From: the human T2T-CHM13v2.0 reference genome, Homo sapiens
NCBI RefSeq assembly: GCF_009914755.1
Contig: NC_060935.1
Direction: 5' to 3' (one strand)
DNA length: 64,000 bases
Shown: piece by piece, positions 55,201-64,000 of the stretch
How positions within the stretch are numbered: position 1 is the stretch's first letter
Layout of the letters: every line of letters begins with the position of its first letter
The notes under the pieces: generated by a model
Database searches by the model: none
Seen by the model: the letters and a program-made list of their open reading frames with translations, nothing else
What the model was told of the DNA's origin: nothing
Position numbers and translations under genes: made by a program

Positions 55201-58200
55201 TATTCTAGAATCTGCAAGTGGACATTTGGAGGGCTTTGAGGCCTTTGGTGGAAAAGGAAAATCTTCACATAAAAACTAGATGGAAGCATTCTCAGAAACT
55301 ACTTTGTGATGATTGCATTCGACTCACAGAGTTGAACATTCCTATAGATAGAGCAGGTTGTAAACAATCTTTTTCTAGAATCTGCTATTGGAGATTTGGA
55401 CTCCTTTGAGGCCTACTGTAGTAAAGGAAATAACTTCATCTAAAAACCAAACGGAAGCATTCACAGACAATTCTCAGGATCATTGGATTGAACTCACAGA
55501 GCTGAACATTCCTTTAGATGGAGCAGTTTCCAAACACACTTTCTGTAGAATCTGCAAGTGGATATTTGGACTTCTCTGAGAATTTCGTTGGAAAAGGGAT
55601 AAACTTCCCAGAACTACACGGAAGCATTGTGAGAAACTTCTTTGTGATGTTTGCATTCAACTCACAGAGTTGAACCTTGCTTTCATAGTTCAGCTTTCAA
55701 ACACTCTTTTTGTAGAATCTGCAAGTGGATATTTGGACCACTTTGTGGCCTTCCTTCGAAACGGGTATATCTTCACATCAAACCTAGACAGAAGCATTCT
55801 CAGAATGTTTCCTGTGATGACTGCATTCAACTCACAGAGGTGAACAATCCTGCTGATGGAGCAGTTTTGAAACTCTCTTTCTTTGGATTCTGCATGTGGA
55901 TATGTTGACCTCTGTGAAGATTTCGTTGGAAACGGGTTCATCTTCACAGAAAAACTAAACAGGAGCATTCTCAGAAACTGCTTTGTGATGTTTGTGTTCC
56001 ACTTCAAGAATTGAACTTTCCTCTTGACAGAGCAGCTCTGAAACCCTCTTTTTCTAGAATCTGCAAGTGGACATTTGGAAGGATTTGAGGCCTGTGGTGG
56101 AAAAGGAAAATCTTCACATAAAAACTAGATGGAAGCATTCTCAGAAACTACTTTGTGATGATTGCATTCGACTCACAGAGTTGAACATTCCTATAGATAG
56201 AGCAGGTTGTAAACAATCTTTTTGTAGAATCTGCGATTGGAGATTTGGACTGCTTTGAGGCCTACTGTAGTAAAGGAAATAACTTCATCTAAAAACCAAA
56301 CGGAAGCATTTACAGACAATTCTTAGTGATCATTGGATTGAACTAACAGAGCTGAACATTCCTTTAGATGGAGCAGTTTCCAAACCCACTTTCTGTAGAA
56401 TCTGCAAGTGGATATTTGGACTTCTCTGAGGATTTCGTTGGAAACGGGATAAACTTCCCAGAACTACAGGGAAGCATTGTGAGAAACTTCTTTGTGATGT
56501 TTGCATTCAACTCACAGAGTTGAACCTTGCTTTCATAGTTCAGCTTTCAAACACTCTTTTTGTAGAATCTGCAAGTGGATATTTGGACCACTTTGTGGCC
56601 TTCCTTCGAAACGGGTATATCTTCACATCAAACCTAGACAGAAGCATTCTCAGAATGTTTCCTGTGATGACTGCATTCAACTCACAGAGGTGAACAATCC
56701 TGTTGATGGAGCACTTTTGAAACTCTCTTTCTTTGGATTCTGCAAGTTGATATGTGGACCTCTGTGAAGATTTCGTTGGAAACGGGTTCATCTTCACAGA
56801 AAAACTAAACAGAAGCATTCTCAGAAACTACTTTGTGATGTTTGTGTTCCACTTCAAGAATTGAACTTTCCTCTTGACAGAGCAGCTCTGAAACCCTCTT
56901 TTTCTAGAATCTGCAAGTGGACATTTGGAGGGCTTTGAGGCCTGTGGTGGAAAAGGAAAATCTTCACATAAAAACTAGATGGAAGCATTCTCAGAAACTA
57001 CTTTGTGATGATTGCATTCGTCTCACAGAGTTGAACATTCCTATAGATAGAGCAGGTTGTAAACAATCTTTTTGTAGAATCTGCGATTGGAGATTTGGAC
57101 TGCTTGGAGGCCTACTGTAGTAAAGTAAATAACTTCATCTAAAAACCAAACGGAAGCATTCACAGACAATTCTTAGTGATCATTGCATTGAACTAACAGA
57201 GCTGAACATTCCTTTAGATGGCGCAGTTTCCAAACACACTTTCTGTAGAATCTGCAAGTGGATATTTGGACCTCTCTGAGGATTTCGTTGGAAACCGGAT
57301 AAACTTCCCAGAACTACACGGAAGCACTGTGAGAAAATTCTTTGTGATGTTTGCATTCAACTCACAGAGTTGAACCTTGCTTTCATAGTTCAGCTTTCAA
57401 ACACTCTTTTTGTAGAATCTGCAAGTGGATATTTGGACCACTTTGTGGCCTTCCTTCGAAACGGGTATATCTTCCCATCAAACCTAGACAGAAGCATTCT
57501 CAGAATGTTTCCTGTGATGACTGCATTCAACTCACAGAGGTGAACAATCCTGTTGATGGAGCACTTTTGAAACTCTCTTTCTTTGGATTCTGCAAGTTGA
57601 TATGTGGACCTCTGTGAAGATTTCGTTGGAAACGGGTTCATCTTCACAGAAAAACTAAACAGAAGCATTCTCAGAAACTACTATGTGATGTTTGTGTTCC
57701 ACTTCAAGAATTGAACTTTCCTCTTGACAGAGCAGCTCTGAAACCCTCTTTTTCTAGAATCTGCAAGTGAACATTTGGAGGGCTTTGAGGCCTGTGGTGG
57801 AAAAGGAAAATCTTCACATAAAAACTAGATGGAAGCATTCTCAGAAACTACTTTGTGATGATTGCATTCGACTCACAGAGTTGAACATTCCTATAGATAG
57901 AGCAGGTTGTAAACAATCTTTTTGTAGAATCTGCGATTGGAGATTTGGACTGCTTTGAGGCCTACTGTAGTAAAGGAAATAACTTCATCTAAAAACCAAA
58001 CGGAAGCATTCACAGACAATTCTTAGTGATCATTGCATTGAACTAACAGAGCTGAACATTCCTTTAGATGGCGCAGTTTCCAAACACACTTTCTGTAGAA
58101 TCTGCAAGTGGATATTTGGACCTCTCTGAGGATTTCGTTAGAAAAGGGATAAACTTCCCAGAACTACACGGAAGCATGCTGAGAAACTTCTTTGTGATGT

Positions 58201-61200
58201 TTGCATTCAACTCACAGAGTTGAACCTTGCTTTCATAGTTCAGCTTTCAAACACTCTTTTTGTAGAATCTGCAAGTGGATATTTGGACCACTTTGTGGCC
58301 TTCCTTGAAACGGGTATATCTTCACATCAAACCTAGACAGAAGCATTCTCAGAATGTTTCCTGTGATGACTGCATTCAACTCACAGAGGTGAACAATCCT
58401 GCTGATGGAGCAGTTTTGAAACTCTCTTTCTTTGGATTCTGCAAGTGGATATGTGGACCTCTGTGAAGATTTCGTTGGAAACGGGTTCATCTTCACAGAA
58501 AAACTAAACAGAAGCATTCTCAGAAACTGCTTTGTGATGTTTGTGTTCCACTTCAGGAATTGAAATTTCCTCTTGACAGAGCAGCTCTGAAACCCTCTTA
58601 TTCTAGAATCTGCAAGTGGACATTTGGAGGGCTTTGAGGCCTGTGGTGGAAAAGGAAAATCTTCACATAAAAACTAGATGGAAGCATTCTCAGAAACTAC
58701 TTTGTGATGATTGCATTCGACTCACAGAGTTGAACATTCCTATAGATAGAGCAGGTTGTAAACAATCTTTTTGTAGAAAATGCGATTGGAGATTTGGACT
58801 GCTTTGAGGCCTACTGTAGTAAAGGAAATAACTTCATCTAAAAACCAAACGGAAGCATTCACAGACAATTCTTAGTGATCATTGGATTGAACTAACAGAG
58901 CTGAACATTCCTTTAGATGGAGCAGTTTCCAAACCCACTTTCTGTAGAATATGCAAGTGGATATTTGGACTTCTCTGAGGATTTCGTGGGAAACGGGATA
59001 AACATCCCAGAACTACACGGAAGCATTGTGAGAAACTTCTTTGTGATGTTTGCATTCAACTCACAGAGTTGAACCTTGCTTTCATAGTTCAGCTTTCAAA
59101 CACTCTTTTTGTAGAATCTGCAAGTGGATATTTGGACCACTTTGTGGCCTTCCTTCGAAACGGGTATATCTTCACATCAAACCTAGACAGAAGCATTCTC
59201 AGAATGTTTCCTGTGATGACTGCATTCAACTCACAGAGGTGAACAATCCTGCTGATGGAGCAGTTTTGAAACTCTCTTTCTTTGGATTCTGCAAGTGGAT
59301 ATGTGGACCTCTGTGAAGATTTCATTGGAAACGGGTTCATCTTCACAGAAAAACTAAACAGGAGCATTCTCAGAAACTGCTTTGTGATGTTTGTGTTCCA
59401 CTTCAAGAATTGAACTTTCCTCTTGACAGAGCAGCTCTGAAACCCTCTTTTTCTAGAATCTGCAAGTGGACATTTGGAGGGCTTTGAGGCCTGTGGTGGA
59501 AAAGGAAAATCTTCACATAAAAACTAGATGGAAGCATTCTCAGAAACTACTTTGTGATGATTGCATTCGACGCACAGAGTTGAACATTCCTATAGATAGA
59601 GCAGGTTGTAAACAATCTTTTTGTAGAATCTGCGATTGGAGATTTGGACTGCTTTGAGGCCTACTGTAGTAAAGGAAATAACTTCATCTAAAAACCAAAC
59701 GGAAGCATTCACAGACAATTCTTAGTGATCATTGCATTGAACTAACAGAGCTGAACATTCCTTTAGATGGTGCAGTTTCCAAACCCACTTTCTGTAGAAT
59801 CTTCAAGTGGATATTTGGACTTCTCTGAGGATTTCGTTGGAAACGGGATAAACTTCGCAGAACTACACGGAAGCATTGTGAGAAACTTCTTTGTGATGTT
59901 TGCATTCAACTCACAGAGTTGAACCTTGCTTTCATAGTTCAGCTTTCAAACACTCTTTTTGTAGAATCTGCAAGTGGATATTTGGACCACTTTGTGGCCT
60001 TCCTTCGAAACGGGTATATCTTCACATCAAACCTAGACAGAAGCATTCTCAGAATGTTTCCTGTGATGACTGCATTCAACTCACAGAGGTGAACAATCCT
60101 GTTGATGGAGCAGTTTTGACTCTCTTTCTTTGGATTCTGCAAGTTGATATGTGGACCTCTGTGAAGATTTCGTTGGAAACGGGTTCATCTTCACAGAAAA
60201 ACTAAACAGAAGCATTCTCTGAAACTACTTTGTGATGTTTGTGTTCCACTTCTAGAATTGAACTTTCCTCTTGACAGAGCAGCTCTGAAACCCTCTTTTT
60301 CTAGAATCTGCAAGTGGACATTTGGAGGGCTTTGAGGCCTGTGGTGGAAAAGGAAAATCTTCACATAAAAACTAGATGGAAGCATTCTCAGAAACTACTT
60401 TGTGATGATTGCATTCGACTCACAGAGTTGAACATTCCTATAGATAGAGCAGGTTGTAAACAATCTTTTTGTAGAATCTGCGATTGGAGATTTGGACTGC
60501 TTTGAGGCCTACTGTAGTAAAGGAAATAACTTCATCTAAAAACCAAACGGAAGCATTCACAGACAATTCTTAGTGATCATTGCATTGAACTAACAGAGCT
60601 GAACATTCCTTTAGATGGCGCAGTTTCCAAACACACTTTCTGTAGAATCTGCAAGTGGATATTTGGACCTCTCTGAGGATTTCGTTGGAAATGGGATAAA
60701 ATTCCCAGAACTACACGGAAGCATGCTGAGAAACTTCTTTGTGATGTTTGCATTCAACTCACAGAGTTGAACCTTGCTTTCATAGTTCAGCTTTCAAACA
60801 CTCTTTTTGTAGAATCTGCAAGTGGATATTTGGACCACTTTGTGGCCTTCCTTCGAAACGGGTATATCTTCACATCAAACCTAGACAGAAGCATTCTCAG
60901 AATGTTTCCTGTGATGACTGCATTCAACTCACAGAGGTGAACAATCCTGCTGATGGAGCAATTTTGAAACTCTCTTTCTTTGGATTCTGCAAGTGGATAT
61001 GTGGACCTTTGTGAAGATTTCGTTGGAAACGGGTTCATCTTCACAGAAAAACTAAACAGAAGCATTCTCAGAAACTGCTTTGTGATGTTTGTGTTCCACT
61101 TCAGGAATTGAACTTTCCTCTTGACAGAGCAGCTCTGAAACCCTCTTATTCTAGAATCTGCAAGTGGACATTTGGAGGGCTTTGAGGCCTGTGGTGGAAA

Positions 61201-64000
61201 AGGAAAATCTTCACATAAAAACTAGATGGAAGCATTCTCAGAAACTACTTTGTGATGATTGCATTCGACTCACAGAGTTGAACATTCCTATAGATAGAGC
61301 AGGTTGTAAACAATCTTTTTGTAGAATCTGCGATTGGAGATTTGGACTGCTTTGAGGCCTACTGTAGTAAAGGAAATAACTTCATCTAAAAACCAAACGG
61401 AAGCATTCACAGACAATTCTTAGTGATCATTGCATTGAACTAACAGAGCTGAACATTCCTTTAGATGGCGCAGTTTCCAAACACACTTTCTGTAGAATCT
61501 GCAAGTGGATATTTGGACTTCTCTGAGGATTTCGTTGGAAACGGGATAAACTTCCCAGAACTACACGGAAGCATTGTGAGAAACTTCTTTGTGATGTTTG
61601 CATTCAACTCACAGAGTTGAAACTTGCTTTCATAGTTCAGCTTTCAAACACTTTTTTTGTAGAATCTGCAAGTGGATATTTGGACCACTTTGTGGCCTTC
61701 CTTGAAACGGGTATATCTTCACATCAAACCTAGACAGAAGCATTCTCAGAATGTTTCCTGTGATGACTGCATTCAACTCACAGAGGTGAACAATCCTGCT
61801 GATGGAGGAGTTTTGAAACTCTCTTTCTTTGGATTCTGCAAGTGGATATGTGGACCTCTGTGAAGATTTCGTTGGAAACGGGTTCATCTTCACAGAAAAA
61901 CTAAACAGAAGCATTCTCAGAAACTGCTTTGTGATGTTTGTGTTCCACTTCAGGAATTGAACTTTCCTCTTGACAGAGCAGCTCTGAAACCCTCTTATTC
62001 TAGAATCTGCAAGTGGACATTTGGAGGGCTTTGAGGCCTGTGGTGGAAAAGGAAAATCTTCACATAAAAACTAGATGGAAGCATTCTCAGAAACTACTTT
62101 GTGATGATTGCATTCGACTCACAGAGTTGAACATTCCTATAGATAGAGCAGGTTGTAAACAATCTTTTTCTAGAATCTGCTATTGGAGATTTGGACTCCT
62201 TTGAGGCCTACTGTAGTAAAGGAAATAACTTCATCTAAAAACCAAACGGAAGCATTCACAGACAATTCTCAGGATCATTGGATTGAACTAACAGAGCTGA
62301 ACATTCCTTTAGATGGAGCAGTTTCCAAACACACTTTCTGTAGAATCTGCAAGTGGATATTTGGACTTCTCTGAGAATTTCGTTGGAAAAGGGATAAACT
62401 TCCCAGAACTACACGGAAGCATTGTGAGAAACTTCTTTGTGATGTTTGCATTCAACTCACAGAGTTGAACCTTGCTTTCATAGTTCAGCTTTCAAACAGT
62501 CTTTTTGTAGAATCTGCAAGTGGATATTTGGACCACTTTGTGGCCTTCCTTCGAAACGGGTATATCTTCACATCAAACCTAGACAGAAGCATTCTCAGAA
62601 TGTTTCCTGTGATGACTGCATTCAACTCACAGAGGTGAACAATCCTGTTGATGGAGCACTTTTGAAACTCTCTTTCTTTGGATTCTGCAAGTTGATATGT
62701 GGACCACTGTGAAGATTTCGTTGGAAACGGGTTCATCTTCACAGAAAAACTAAACAGAAGCATTCTCAGAAACTACTTTGTGATGTTTGTGTTCCACTTC
62801 AAGAATTGAACTTTCCTCTTGACAGAGCAGCTCTGAAACCCTCTTTTTCTAGAATCTGCAAGTGGACATTTGGAGGGCTTTGAGGCCTGTGGTGGAAAAG
62901 GAAAATCTTCACATAAAAACTAGATGGAAGCATTCTCAGAAACTACTTTGTGATGATTGCATTCGTCTCACAGAGTTGAACATTCCTATAGTTAGAGCAG
63001 GTTGTAAACAATCTTTTTGTAGAATCTGCGATTGGAGATTTGGACTGCTTGGAGGCCTACTGTAGTAAAGTAAATAACTTCATCTAAAAACCAAACGGAA
63101 GCATTCACAGACAATTCTTAGTGATCATTGCATTGAACTAACAGAGCTGAACATTCCTTTAGATGGCGCAGTTTCCAAACACACTTTCTGTAGAATCTGC
63201 AAGTGGATATTTGGACCTCTCTGAGGATTTCGTTGGAAACCGGATAAACTTCCCAGAACTACACGGAAGCACTGTGAGAAAATTCTTTGTGATGTTTGCA
63301 TTCAACTCACAGAGTTGAACCTTGCTTTCATAGTTCAGCTTTCAAACACTCTTTTTGTAGAATCTGCAAGTGGATATTTGGACCACTTTGTGGCCTTCCT
63401 TCGAAACGGGTATATCTTCACATCAAACCTAGACAGAAGCATTCTCAGAATGTTTCCTGTGATGACTGCATTCAACTCACAGAGGTGAACAATCCTGTTG
63501 ATGGAGCACTTTTGAAACTCTCTTTCTTTGGATTCTGCAAGTTGATATGTGGACCTCTGTGAAGATTTCGTTGGAAACGGGTTCATCTTCACAGAAAAAC
63601 TAAACAGAAGCATTCTCAGAAACTACTATGTGATGTTTGTGTTCCACTTCAAGAATTGAACTTTCCTCTTGACAGAGCAGCTCTGAAACCCTCTTTTTCT
63701 AGAATCTGCAAGTGAACATTTGGAGGGCTTTGAGGCCTGTGGTGGAAAAGGAAAATCTTCACATAAAAACTAGATGGAAGCATTCTCAGAAACTACTTTG
63801 TGATGATTGCATTCGACTCACAGAGTTGAACATTCCTATAGATAGAGCAGGTTGTAAACAATCTTTTTGTAGAATCTGCGATTGGAGATTTGGACTGCTT
63901 TGAGGCCTACTGTAGTAAAGGAAATAACTTCATCTAAAAACCAAACGGAAGCATTCACAGACAATTCTTAGTGATCATTGCATTGAACTAACAGAGCTGA
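52300..64000 (+). repeat. Imperfect duplication at 8-HOR (about 6796 bp) then 7-HOR (about 5945 bp) offset
   Basis: At about +6796: GACGCACAG 52774/59571, CTTCTAGA 53455/60251, and TGCTATTG plus TTCTCAGGAT about 55385-55480/62180-62275. At about +5945: CGTCTCAC 57021/62966 and GAAACCGGAT 57296/63241. Confidence 0.82.

Larger units (their letters stand above)
1..64000 (+). repeat. D11Z1: Alpha satellite higher-order repeat array, 5-mer 850-bp HOR, about 75 copies; most likely human chr11 D11Z1 (SF3 pentamer)
   Basis: Alphoid motifs (GAAGCATTCTCAGAAAC, CATTCAACTCACAGAG, TAGAATCTGCAAGTGGA) recur about every 170 bp. Near-identical sequence recurs every 850 bp (ORF starts 409, 1259, 2109 ... 63296). 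Monomer order is A,A,B,B,B, with one XbaI site per HOR (811-816). Alpha satellite identity is essentially certain. The chr11 call rests on established knowledge of the 850-bp XbaI pentamer. Confidence 0.9.

Noticed and set aside
409-63903. About 220 short ORFs (60-105 aa) on both strands, recurring every 850 bp
   Set aside because: They are translations of satellite DNA. Most start at TTG/GTG, they overlap on opposite strands, they show no recognisable domain, and they are freely broken by stops and frameshifts (for example about 14934, 44835, 58306, 60119).
1-64000. CRISPR-like or other repeat-spacer system
   Set aside because: There are no unique spacers and no associated genes; the entire unit is tandemly repeated.
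1-64000. L1/Alu insertion, inversion, or HOR with altered monomer number
   Set aside because: The 850-bp register is kept throughout with only 13 bp net drift. I saw no poly-A tract, foreign sequence or strand switch.
1-64000. A previously undescribed gene-based biological system
   Set aside because: Nothing in the sequence supports one. The array type is well known, and only its local variant architecture may be undescribed.

Overview
The whole 64 kb window is one uninterrupted, single-orientation array of primate centromeric alpha satellite. About 171-bp monomers are organised as a 5-monomer, 850-bp higher-order repeat (HOR), with about 75 copies. Each HOR has two A-type monomers and three B-type monomers: two carry intact CENP-B boxes and one carries a degenerate box. 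Most HORs have one XbaI site. This matches the suprachromosomal family 3 (W1-W5) pentamer of the human chromosome 11 active array, D11Z1; the assignment is from recall, not a search. I found no genes, transposon insertions, inversions or HORs with an altered monomer number, and all listed ORFs are by-products of the repeat. I found no new gene-based system. The informative signal lies in the shared variants between HOR copies. These show nested tandem duplications with periods of 1, 2, 5, 8 and 10 HORs, and a shift near 44 kb to a more mosaic domain with more broken CENP-B boxes. They also show a recurrent C>A change in B boxes and a deletion-only indel spectrum. All variants were read by eye, so counts and boundaries are approximate.
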